Positions 24,701 through 36,700 of a DNA stretch of 64,000 nucleotides are shown here, in pieces (the stretch's first letter is position 1; each line of letters opens with the position of its first letter). The notes beneath the pieces are model-generated. The model did not search any database. It was not told the DNA's origin and was given only the letters and a program-made list of their open reading frames with translations. The stretch comes from Ascidiella aspersa. Taxonomy: Eukaryota. The position numbers and the translations under genes were made by a program. The DNA lies in NCBI GenBank assembly GCA_963924565.1, contig OZ004609.1:17360001-17424000 (forward strand), in the 5' to 3' direction.

Positions 24701-27700
24701 CTATCATTTGTATAAATACCCTCTGGCTCTGAGTATTAAAATATGTCTTACCACTCTTAAGTCACTATATGCGAAGTCGGTATCAGTGGTGCCACGCTTC
24801 CAATAATAACTTGGTAGTAAAAATAAAACTTAATGGTTTTTATGTAGTATTGGTCCCAAAGTCATATCTGACGATGAGACCTGATTTTAGGTTTACTCCC
24901 AAGCCAATTTTATGTGACAAATATGTGTCACACAGTTTTTTAAGTGCTAACAATGCTGACTACCACAGAACTTTAAGCGAGTAGCTGAGGTTTGGATGGA
25001 TGAATACAAGGAGTACTTTTACAAAAAGCGGCCATATGTGCGTGGCATCGACGCCGGGTCGCTAGAGAAGCAGAAGAAGCTTCGAGAAGATCTCCAGTGT
25101 AAGTCCTTCTACTGGTTTATGACAGAAGTAGCGCCAGACATCGTCAAGCACTACCCGCCTGTCATGCCCGAGCCGGCCGCTTGGGGAACGGTGAGTTAGA
25201 AGAGAACCAAAGCGACGTGGTTTATTCGACCAGTGGTCTCCAACCTTTTCTATACGCGACCACAATTTAAATAAAATGGAATCAGAAATTAAATTGCGAC
25301 CCCAGTTTGTTTTCAGATTACATAATTCTACAAAAACTGTGGCTACACGTGTGCATCAAATTGATTGCTTTTAGGAAGTTTAATTTAACATATGAATTTG
25401 AATTTAACAAACGAACCCAGGTGGTTTATTAACGCTGCCTGAATATTTTATTACTAACTAACGTCCCAGTTTAAGTAAACCAAACAGCAAACATCCAGTG
25501 GCTGTGCTGCACCTCATTATCACAAAGATACGATTTTTTATTATTTTACCACAACCGATTAATTGTGACATAAGGTAGGAATCTGTTCTGTTATTGACTA
25601 AATGAAGAATATAAAGCCCACTCCTTATATATGCAAACCACGTTACCCAATTTCGTGGAAAAAAAAGCCTTTTGACTAATTAAAAAATGTGACTTTCGCT
25701 GCGCTAAATCAAAGAAGTCTAATTTTGTGAAATGTCACGTTACATTATTTAGCACCGAGCTAAAAACAGCAGTTTTAAGTAGAAGGAAGCAAGTCTCCGC
25801 TATCAACTGAGTCACGTTTATTACTGTGACGTTATTATAAATAAAGTGAAATATTATACATAAATCGTACTAAAACAGCAGAAGGTCGCGACCCACAGGT
25901 TGGAGACCACTGTATTAGACGATATTCGGAAATACGCGTTTATATTAATTTGACAAATAAAAACAAGAATATTATAGATCCATCGCGACCTGGTTTAATT
26001 TACGAATGCGATTACCGCTAATAAACGACATAATCACCTAATTTGATGACTATGTGTTACTTGATTGTAATTATTAATAAGTATGGATTATACACTACAA
26101 GTCTAAAAAAATTGGGTTAAGGCCCATTTGTTTTGTAAAGGAGGGGTCTAAGGTTTATTAAATTTGGTAAAAATTTTCCATTCATTTTCATAAACAGTTA
26201 GTTTAAAAGTTGTTAATTTGTTCGATAAAATAAACAAATAACCTCAAATAGCCTATGAAAAAATAATTGCTAGATAATGGTATTTTTTTGTAAATCAACT
26301 ACTACTTTGCGTTACGCCACGAAACTTCTTTCAGTTGATAAACAAGGGAATGAACTTATGCATGGATGCCATGTACAAACCGCAAGGAGGGCCACTCTCT
26401 GTGCAAAAGTGCAGGAAGAAGGGTTCGGCTGAACAGGTTTGCACCGACTTCATTTAATTTGTTGTCTACTTCAACTTTAAAATGTTACAGTTTGCTATCT
26501 GTTATAATTATCTGATCGATTTCATTGGTTCTTTTTTGTGGTACACTATCCCAGTGGATCTCAACCTTTGTAAGCATCTGAGCCAAATTTGAACAGTGAG
26601 TATCGAGCTGCAAAAAGATCATGCAGTTTATTTATAAATTTTAATTAGACAAACTACGTCAAAGAAGGCAAAATGTTTCTCTTCCTTTTTACTCAAAGTC
26701 AAAAACGTCCTATTTTCTGGCTGAAGAAGGTAAGCTTTCTTCGAAAGTTGTTTTGGCATCGCGTTGTGTTATGTGCAGAGGTGGATACAGTATTGTTTTT
26801 TAGGGGGCATAAAAAATTTCAGGTATGACGTCACAAAGTTACGCAACTAAACAATTAATCTAAAACGCTTGCTGTTGTCGAGCGAACTCGTGCGCAAATA
26901 TGCTTCGGATAAATCATTTTATTTTTTGAACCTTAATGCGGGAGCCGGTAAAAAGACGATTAGGAGCCGCATGTGGCTCTCGGAGCCAAACTAATAAAAA
27001 AATGCTCATTAAGGCAGGTATTTTTTCCATAATATTTAAAACTTTTTTAAAACCTGTGTTACCTTTTATCACCGGAAATAAAATATCTAAATATTTTTTA
27101 ACTGACTCAACTACTAGGAGTATAAACAATTAAACATACAACAAATGTATTCAAAATTTACACCAAAGTCATAATTTATACGTTAGGTCAAAATTATTTC
27201 AGGGTAAAATCGTTTTCAAATTGCCCAAAAATCGTTACAAAATTACCAAAAACTGCAAAAGCGATACAATTACGTGTATGTGAAAGGAAAAGTGAAAAGA
27301 ACAGACGTGCAAACAATAAAATATCGAAAAAAAAACAACACACAAACAAACGATAAAATAATACGTGTAACAGTTGTGAATCTTAGATTTGGACAAATGT
27401 ATTGAACAGTATTTGCTGTGTTGTTTCGGTGGCGATTTGCGATTTTTGATTTGCTATTTCGATAATATGTAAGCTCTTTGTTATTTTTGTATTTCAACTA
27501 AGGTGTTTAGTCAACAATTTTCAAAAATATCCCGCGTCTTGTTTTTCGTTGGTATTTTTAGTGGTTTGTCCTTTTGATATGCCAAAAAATCAATTAAAGA
27601 TTTGAACCCGAAACCTAACTGATTTGTGTTTCACCTAGGGTTGGCAAGCCTGTCAATTGACCGGTCAAATACGGTCAATTGACCGCACTTTATTTAACCG

Positions 27701-30298
27701 GTCAAATATTCATATTGGACATATTGGACTTTTTTTTTCAAATGTTGTAAATTTTTTAAGGGTTGTTTTGTGGTTGGATTTTTTAATAATCTTGATTGTA
27801 ACTTTTTTAAAGAATTTAAATATAAAATCGTAGGGTTGGTTTACCTGATGCAAACACATGTTCTGTGCTAATAACAAAGTGAAGTAGATTTATTTTGGTA
27901 CACCGAAAGCCATTGCAGACTCGCCGAATCTGTTGATCTATGATGCAAGCAGGGCAGGCTAGAAAAACAACTACAGCTTCAGAAGGGCTAGATCTCAGTT
28001 GTTAACACACTCTGTGTGCATGTTTCATTGAATAAATGATATGATACTGTGGATCCCCTTCAATATGAAGTTGCTTGGACTAACAGATTGAGCAAGCATT
28101 GGCGTATGGTTGTTTCTCGACTCGCTCCTATCTGAGCCTGGGTAGCTCAGTTGGTAGAGTGGCGGTCCCGGCTTGACCGGACGTCGTGAGTTCGAACCTT
28201 ACTGCAGTCTAGTTGTTTTTCTAGCCTGCCCTGCTTACATCATAGATCAACAAATTTGGTGAGTCTGTAATGGCTTTCGGTGTACTAATTATACGTAAAC
28301 CGTAATCGTTGGTCAAAAAGCAGCTTCAGAAAGGCTAGACTCCAGTTGTTACACACTCTGTATGCATGTTTCATTGATTAGATTTATTTTGTTTAGAATA
28401 AATGCACGTATATGAGGCTACTTAGAAATTTAGAAGAACCAAATCCCTTGTCTCCAGTGGACCCTGGTGATGATTTAGAAAATTCAGATAGTGACAAAGG
28501 TTGTGACGAGGAGTATAACTATTTTTGATGCATTTACTTGTTGTTATATTTCGTTAATAAACTTGTTGGCTTAACTTGGTTGTTGTAGTAAGGGAAAAAA
28601 TTACTACAGTAACTGATATATTATTGGTTGTAAGATGGGCATGATTTTGCCAAAATTCTTATTGATAGTCAAAAAATACTTGTTTTTGGTTTTCAAACCA
28701 TTGTACTTGAGCCCAAACGTTCATATATTTATTTAAAGTTAAAATCATGGTTAATTTCAACCTAAATTGCATTTTGATAGTGTGTATAGTATTTGACCGG
28801 TCAGTTAACCGGATTTTATTTGACTGGTCAAATGCCCAACCCTAGTTTCACCGGTCGTCAGTAAAACATCAAAATCAAGTGACTGACGACGCCAAGACAC
28901 TTCAGCAGTATATACTTCATACAACATTGTGTTGTTTTAATCAGCGTATTTTTATTGGGTAACATTTTTGTCCAAAAAAATTTTTTAATGTCAAAATTTT
29001 AATTTTTTGAGGTGAAAAATAATCACCCTACCTATTATAACGCATTGCCCGAAAGTCAAGTCGTTGGTGGCAGAACAATATGATTTTTTTGTCATTTAAA
29101 TGGAACGAATAAATTAAAATATCGTGACACCATTCGCCCAGCATCAGAACGTTATAAGTACGTCATGGACATAGCTATTTGTTATACCAGCCGTAGGTCT
29201 TTAACAATATTTACTTTGTCACCTTTTCAGGAGCTAATATTGACTTGGAAGGAAGACATCCGACCTGGTGGGGATATGGACTCGGCTCGCAAGATATGTT
29301 TAGATGGCCAGGGACTTAATCGACCTTTGGTGCTGTGGGAATGTCACGGTCAATATGGCAATCAGCTGTGGAAGTACAAGGTTAGGTTATTTGTAATACA
29401 TACACCAGGGATGTCCGATAATATCGGATCGTAGCCGATACACGATGCCAAGTGGTTGTATCGGTACTCGTCAGATATTAGGGTGGTATCGGCGCCGATC
29501 CGATACCAAATTAATATGGGAATTTCAGCCATATTTTTTAATAAAAAAGCAACGATTTTACATTTAAAAGTAAATTTGTCACAACTTAATAGGTAGTGGT
29601 AACTAAACCTCTTAACGCAAATCAAATTTTGGGTTAATAATCTTTAAAAATTACTACTGAGCATTTAAATTTTTTCAATGTTGCTTTGAGCATAGTAAGG
29701 ACCTTATTTGGTATCGGATCGAATCACGATACTGTTTGCCCAATATATCGGGTATCGGCATCGAAATAAAATGTCAAGTATCAGAAATTCCTAACACATA
29801 CCTTAACGAAAATTCTACTATTTTCATGTATAAAGATTAAAGAACGTGTAGATTTACGATCCGGATTTTATGGAGCTGCGTTGATACAAATATATGCCTT
29901 TTCTCGTTAATAAATTTTGTTTTGTGAATGATAATTTGTGTTATATGGCTGCTATGCAGCTAAAGTATCTGTGCTACACATAGTGATGCTTTACCGTGAT
30001 TGACAACGATTGTTGAAAATTGCAGTGACTAGCACTTGTATTGTGAAATCAAACCCCAGATACCTAAATTGTCGTGATTACTCAATCAAAGTTTTGTTGC
30101 TTTTAGTCAGCCACGAAGCAGCTATACCACGCCATCACTGGCTTGTGTGCCACCGTCGATCATATGGACAACAAACACCAAATACTTCTACTTCCCTGTG
30201 ACGTCACAAACGATTATCAGGGCTGGACATGGGAGCACACAGACTTCGACAAATTAAAACGTTCCAATTTAAATCTTAACTCACCTGCTAAGGGTTAA
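21739..30298 (+). CDS. GALNT10: Polypeptide N-acetylgalactosaminyltransferase, GALNT10/GALNTL6 clade, ~607 aa. Exons: 21739-21906, 22085-22172, 22272-22410, 22648-22814, 23399-23584, 23659-23842, 24126-24243, 24320-24427, 24969-25190, 26335-26436, 29231-29380, 30107-30298
   Basis: Type II signal anchor, [34 protein letters not shown] metal motif, [17 protein letters not shown] (GALNT10-type), [28 protein letters not shown], and a C-terminal ricin-type lectin domain ([14 protein letters not shown]). The spliced frame is open to TAA at 30298. Confidence 0.93.
25231..25912. mobile_element. hAT (Charlie-like) MITE in a GALNT10 intron
   Basis: Perfect 15-bp TIRs cagtggtctccaacc / ggttggagaccactg. 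TSD tattcgac / tattagac. Confidence 0.88.
27636..28844. mobile_element. Non-autonomous hAT element hosting a nested retro-insertion
   Basis: TIRs tagggttgg(c) / (c)ccaacccta, subterminal tgaccggtca repeats, and a perfect 8-bp TSD gtttcacc on both sides. Confidence 0.88.
27898..28378 (+). mobile_element. Non-coding retro-element with an internal tRNA-like (Pol III) module, terminal direct repeats and a 5' inverted arm
   Basis: 13-bp TSD tagatttattttg. Inverted repeat 27898-27973 / 28210-28285. Direct repeat 27974-28031 / 28321-28377. A box tagctcagttgg (28143) and B box gagttcgaacc (28188). Confidence 0.8.
29406..29793. mobile_element. ccgata/tatcgg-rich MITE (related partial copy at ~15968-16140)
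   Basis: Ends cagggatgtccgata / tatcagaaattccta, internal ccgatac repeats, and shared strings such as aatatcggatc..agccgatacacga and aaatttgtca..aataggta in the 16 kb copy. Confidence 0.65.
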
Positions 30299-30929
30299 AT
30301 TAGACGTTGTTACTCTTGAAAGTCGATGTGCGTGACATCGAACAACTTTAGAGACAGAAGTGGCTTCGATTTTATAAATTGTTTTTAGTAGTAAAAACAT
30401 TATAACACTATATTTATTTACTATTGTATTTTGCAGCCTTTTTGTGGTATGATTCAACCACTTTTATATCTCAATATATCTCAATGTTAATGAGATTTTA
30501 GTTTTGCTGATGAGTGTTAAGTCTGTCACCTTATGTTGTTAGTAACGCGGAGACATGTAATTTATATTTTTTGTTAATTGTGATATAATTTTTTTTAACG
30601 GTGTTTTCCCTTGTCATTCCTCAGCCTAATGACGTTGTAAAGTAAAGCCATTGCGATAACTGCGGATTTGTAAAAAAAAAATAACCCCAGTTTTGCGTAA
30701 GTAATCTAAATGTAGAAATTCATCAAGCTGTGGTCTCTAAATCATTGCTACACATTATGTTTAATCCCATTATACCATCTACCATAGTTGTGTAAGGTTG
30801 CTGAACCAACGTGGGTATAGCCAATGGTTTGAATAATGAAACCTCTTGCAGGCTCATAAGAATACAGGGATTTTGAATGTGAAGCTGCGAAAGTTTCCTG
30901 TTTCGATTAGACACACATTTTACAATTTT

Positions 30930-31288
30930 TTTGAACTAATACCAAACTTGAGTAATGGCCTCTACGAATTATGTTTTTGTAGTAAAATTGTGTTTTTCCG
31001 AACAGGATTTCAAAATTGACCAACGTTTTTAGACAGGGTTCAGGTCTGGCGAGGTTCCTAGCCAATCCAAACATTTACCTTATCTTTTTGGAAAGATTTT
31101 TTCACTTACTTGAACGTATAGTGTGACGCAAAATCTTGCTGGAATGTTTTTCCCTGGGGGAATGTCCTTTGCATGTCAAGTGACTGTTCGTCGAATTGTT
31201 TCAATGTAATCAACCGAATTTATCATTCCTTCAATTTGAGTGAAATTTCAACTTCAGAAAAGCTGAAACAACCTTAACATTACTGTAT
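30930..31288 (-). pseudogene. Tc1/mariner transposase relic (C-terminal part of the DDE domain)
   Basis: The minus strand translates, with stops and frameshifts, to TVM.GCFS..IEGMINSVDYI..FQQDFASHYTFK*VKK..DWLGTSPDLNPV*KRWSILK. This matches the Tc1 FQQDNA..H and WP..SPDLNPIE..W motifs. Confidence 0.85.
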
Positions 31289-32722
31289 GATCATAGGCGC
31301 CGAACGTGGGTGTGCAGAGCGTTTTTGGACGCCCTGGATTTCTGGCAGGGCGTCAAAACGCCCTGGAATTTGACGAAGTCGCACTTCTAAATAGAGTTAA
31401 ACTGCTTTTTCTTATTTTAATTAGACCCATTTTAAATTGACAGTTAAAATTTAATATGGGCCCGCCGAGACGTTTTAGGCTTAGCATTGACACGAGTCTA
31501 AAGAAAGGTTGCCGAACTCCATTTTACACACTGCATCGTGTGACGTAACAATTCCTAAGTCTTAAACACGCTGCGACGCTCGGTCGATCAATGCCAAAGC
31601 ATAAGCTTCCAATCGCAACCAACATAAAACAAATTTGTCGTTCAGTACTTTAAAGATACCGCTACGATGAAGCCTATGTAGAAAATCACAAGGTATTAAG
31701 TTGGATTAAGATGAAATTGTGGTAAAAGAAATGTAGAAAGTAAAACTTTTTTCTGCTTTTTGACACTCTAGTCAAATCTTTTATCACTCGCTACATACAC
31801 GACTGAAAATAAAATTGTTCAATTACGTCAAAAGATTGTTACGTGAACGCACTAGCAATAAGACCTATAGAGGAGTAATATCTGCTGAGGAATTTTCGAT
31901 AATACCATTGTATTAAAACCGACGGTATTGTAAAAGCATTGGTCAGCTAACATACCATTAACAGCGATTTTGTAGTACGCAGCACGATATGGGAATTTCG
32001 CTATGAACATTCATTGTTTAAGGACAACACATCAAATTTTCACCCTGACGGTTTTTATAACAGAAAAGCCTCATCACGTTTTTTCTTGTTTGGCGCCTTT
32101 TTTCCCGCTGTCCAAAATGTGACATACTTTAACTATGTGGAGTGAAGAGTGTTCCTTTTTGGGTCGCGTGACGCTTTTTACTATAGTTTTTTCCTTTACC
32201 CGTTAAGTGTTCTGAAACGCAAGCAGACCTACTGGCGAACAAATCGCGACAAAATATACAGAGAGATTTATTCCCGCTTTTTGATAGCAATAATGGACTC
32301 AAATGAGATTAGCATTTTTGTTGTTTGTTAGCTTGGTACGTTAAACCAGCATATACGACTTTGTCGAAAAAGCAGTACAACAAAAAATATGACCAACTTC
32401 TGACATTTTCAGCGTTCTATTCATGCGCATATGTTTGAAAACGTACTTAACTTTGTAAATCTGGTGATACTAATGTGTTTAACGAAAATTATTTTTTTTC
32501 TTATTTTATAATTAAATTTGTTTGAAATAATTTTATTTTGTTGTCAATAGTTGCACTTTTGTGTTACGCAAAAATATTTCTGGTTGCTGTGTTTAGTTTT
32601 TTTCCGGTGTCATTCATTTTTCTTTCGTAATAAAAACATGGTTCAGTATGCAAAACGTTGAAGCATAATGGTTGGAGGTTGTAGTAAGACGTAATAAGAA
32701 TATCAAAGCCCATACAGAAATT

Positions 32723-32818
32723 GGTATCATCTTGAACGTTTGGAATAACTCTTTATTCATTTTCAACATCGATGTTGAAAATGAATAAAGAGTTATTCGA
32801 AACGTTCAAGATGATACC
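32723..32818. repeat. Near-perfect spacerless palindrome (2 x 48 bp)
   Basis: ggtatcatcttgaacgtttggaataactctttattcattttcaacatc|gatgttgaaaatgaataaagagttattcgaaacgttcaagatgatacc, with one mismatch. Confidence 0.9.
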
Positions 32819-33799
32819 TAAGTATGTAAAACGTTAATATATATTTTAAATACCTTAAGACTATTTAGTTTTCTGATTTACGATTAAACATTGTTGTTCT
32901 TTAAATTTTTGACACCGCTCGCTAAAAACAACAATCCTTTATTTATTCGATTTTTTTCCGACCAATTTGTTTGGCATAACGTCGTTTAAAAAAAGTCTAC
33001 AACCTTTAGGTGATTACATCGATATATAATTTAAAATGTGAACTAAAAACTTGTTGTAACGACCTTTTTATAAAGTGTATGCAGTTTGCTAAGATTTTCT
33101 GAATCGCAGTTAATTTCCTTCTATTTTACTTTTATAAAGTTAAAATAATTTCAAGAATTCGTATGGTGTTGCTTGGTTGTTTGAACAAGCTTGTTTCATC
33201 GACAACACGTGGCGTGTTGTGTATGTCGCGTTGTAAACCCGTCCGACTGGCGTGCATTTAATAATTAATCGCCAATACGCGTGTGAAAACGTCGCGGAAA
33301 TAATTCCTGTCCTTCTCCCCTCAATAATCGCCAAATTATTTCGCATCGTTCCTGCAAAATTTTAATAATTTATTATTGCGACCGAATGAAGCACGTTCGC
33401 TTTGGCGTCACTTCAATTTAATTTCACCAACATTTTTTTGTTCACTTGTAAAAATGTCAGTGCATCCGTCGGTATTCGAATGAGAGTTTGTCGTGAATTG
33501 CAAGCAAGACGAGTCAGTTTTCTCGTAATAAAATTAAATAGTTATTATTGCGTAGCCGTAACCAATAAACATGATCCGTATTTAATTCAAAGTTGCACAA
33601 TTTTGTTTCGGTGAAATATTTTACAGATAGCCTAAAACTTTCGTAATTCAATAAACAAAACGTTTGACTAAAGTCATTTTCAAGTTTTTTTTTCCTTGAC
33701 TAAACCCGGCGTAGCTGACTTTGGGATTGTTCGCTATTGCAATTTGTGCTTTTTGCGCAGTTCCTTGTTTGGTGCAGTTGCATAAATTCTACGAGTGCG

Positions 33800-36700
33800 A
33801 TGCACCCAAGCCTTGCGTTGCGGCTACTGTCGCTCTGTTTGGTGCCAACCGTTTGTTGCGGTGATTTACTGACAGATTCAAACGCAGTCGAACTTAATTT
33901 AGAGTACGACCCTTTCCTGGACGACGATTTGTGGGAAACCGATTATGATGGGAAAAGAAACAGGAGAGCGCCCGGAAGTTGTCCGATGCGTAAGCTTTCC
34001 TTTTTTTAAAAGAAAACTTTTTTTACAATCATACATTACAAGATCGTTTTAAAACTACTATACCTGTCATTTATTTAGTATGACACGCGGCAGAATCTCA
34101 TAATACAGTTACATCTAATTTGCTTATTTAAATGTACGAAATCCAGTACGTGTATGTGTACTGTGGACTACGGGATTTTTGCATGTTTATTTATACGTAG
34201 AGTGTAAATTAGGGTTTACACTGTACGGTGAAGTAATTCACTAGAGCAGTGGTACTCAACCTTTTCTAAATTTTGCGAAGCGGCCCGTTAACAACTTTTT
34301 AGTTGATTCATGAACAAAAAGGGTATTTTTAAAGCAATAATTTATTCCCAGATTTAGTACAGGACAGTTCTTCAATTAAATTGTCTTTTGAAGGCAATCG
34401 TTAACTGAGAGTCCAAACTGTTGTTTTAGCAAACGTTCGCACTTTTTAAATCCTGACAATCGGAAAAGTATCAAAAATTTCTTTTTTAAGAATTAAACAC
34501 CGAAATATAATCGAATGTGACAGAACAATTCACGCATGGTGCGTTTGTAAGCGTCAATTATCTTTGATTAAGAGTATTATTTAATTTGCGTTTCTTCGCG
34601 GTCCCCATAAAACCGCATCGCGGAGCCCACGTTCAGAACCACTGCACTGGAGCCTGTATGCTGTCGATTTATTTTTTGCTATTAAATGTACAACTATTTG
34701 CATTAGCTCTAATGGAAATTACGGAGGGAAAAGCTAAAAATATCCGCGGAACGGCCGCCCTCTTGCGGTGGAAAGATACACCTGATGCACAATGGTAAAT
34801 AAACGAAAGTTGCATGATTTGTTATGTTGGAAAACTAGAGAAAGCAGCTTAAACCATTCGTATTTTTATGCAACCTATATCCTATTCCATGCTTACCAAA
34901 GGCATACTTAAAACTTTACTGAGTGTTTTACCAATGAAGGTATACCGTTGAGGTAAAAAATCCCAAATCCTCTTGTATTCGCGGAGAAGGCAACGTCACT
35001 CAGGCCCAGGTAACCTTGCGTGACCTCGACGTCGACACGCTTTACGTGGTGAACGTGATAAGCAGAACGAACAACGGATGTAGCGAACCAAAGGAGATCA
35101 CATTTCGTACTGGTGGGTAACTTGTTCGGATCTAGGACTTTTTAGGGGGGACATACCGTCACAAAATTACGTCATAACGTAAAACATTTAGACACGTAGT
35201 GTGACATGTCTAACTGCTTTACAAATGTGAAACCAAAACCGAGTAAAGGTATATCAAAGAATAAAACACGTCTATTTAGCCTGAAAAAATCCCACCAAAG
35301 TTGTCTAATTCTAAAACACATTAAAAAGCAAAATCAAATTCGCAAGAAGCATAAAGTTTTTGTTTGCTTTACGTTGTTAAAGTAAGGTTTGAAACCATTT
35401 CAAAATTTCCCATTCTTTAAAATGTAAACGTATGATAGGAATATCAAAAACCCATAATAGAAGTAGGTAACATTTTTGTACGTTTTTAATAATTCTTTAT
35501 TCATTTTCAACATCCTGGTAGTGTGCAGTGTGTCTGATTTAAACCTCCAACCAATATGCTCAAAAACTTAATCAATATGATACATTTTAGTTTTGATTAC
35601 ACCCATCTTTATGCTTTTAATAAATTAAAGAATACGAATAGTATGTGACATATCGTTTACTAAGCAACTGTCGTGTGTTATATTCAGGGCTTGGTCAATG
35701 GAAATGTGAAGGAAGCAGTGACGGTAAGGCATTTTTTGACTCATTATATTTTTAGTCCTTCCTACTATTTCAGTGGACAAAATGCTGATAGATTTATCAA
35801 TCACCTGTAATTACTTCGGTCCGCATGTTTATCTTCCTTGGTCGGTTTGACCCGATAGAGAATTGCAGTTAAAAAATAAATTACTACAATATTTATTATT
35901 GGTGTTTTTCGTTCAACTTTTTACATATGTTGCAGTTCCGGGACCGATCCACAAACTAACTGTGCCTCATGGCAATATTACATTTTCTGGGGCATATGTA
36001 AGCTGGGACCCATCTCCAAAAGGACTACAATATAAGGTATAGCAATGCCTTGCCATCTCAAGTTACCGACATGTTTTGTATTTTTTACTAATTAGTTTTT
36101 CTGACCAAAATATATTTTATATATATATAAACGTTTTGCTAATACGTATAAGTAGCGATCACATAGTTTGAATATATTGGCAAGAAATTGTTTGATGCGT
36201 TTATGAGTAATCTCTGAGTACTTCTAAGGGTGAATGGTTTGCTATTATCAGGTTGAAATTACGCCTTTTAACGCGATGTATTTCGGACTGGGCGAAATTG
36301 AAGAAGAGTGGACTGTTTTGCGAGGATTGGACCCAGGGAGTGCATACCAAGTCACAGTGACCGCAATAAACAAACAAAACATGGGCATCTCTGCATCAAA
36401 ACAATTTGTTACTCGTAAGTGACTGTTACACTAATATTAGCGAGGCAACAAAGTCTACCTATGTTTTAAGCAAAGCAAGGCGAAACTAAAGCGTCCGCGA
36501 TGAAATTCGAACTCGCAACATAAGCTAAACCACACGGGCTGTCGCTGTACCTACTGAGCTGGACAATAGAGGCCATTGTTTAAAATACGCCTACAATATA
36601 GTATTTACTCAACCAAAAACCAGCATTAAACGTGCTTTGTTGTGTGTATTTTTCTCAAAAAAATTCGTTTTAGGACTAGCTTCTCCTGGTGACTTTCTCG

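Noticed and set aside
28136-28209. tRNA-like sequence as a real tRNA gene
   Set aside because: The acceptor stem is mismatched, the anticodon arm is abnormal, there is no oligo-T directly after a proper cloverleaf, and it sits inside a TSD-flanked repeat.
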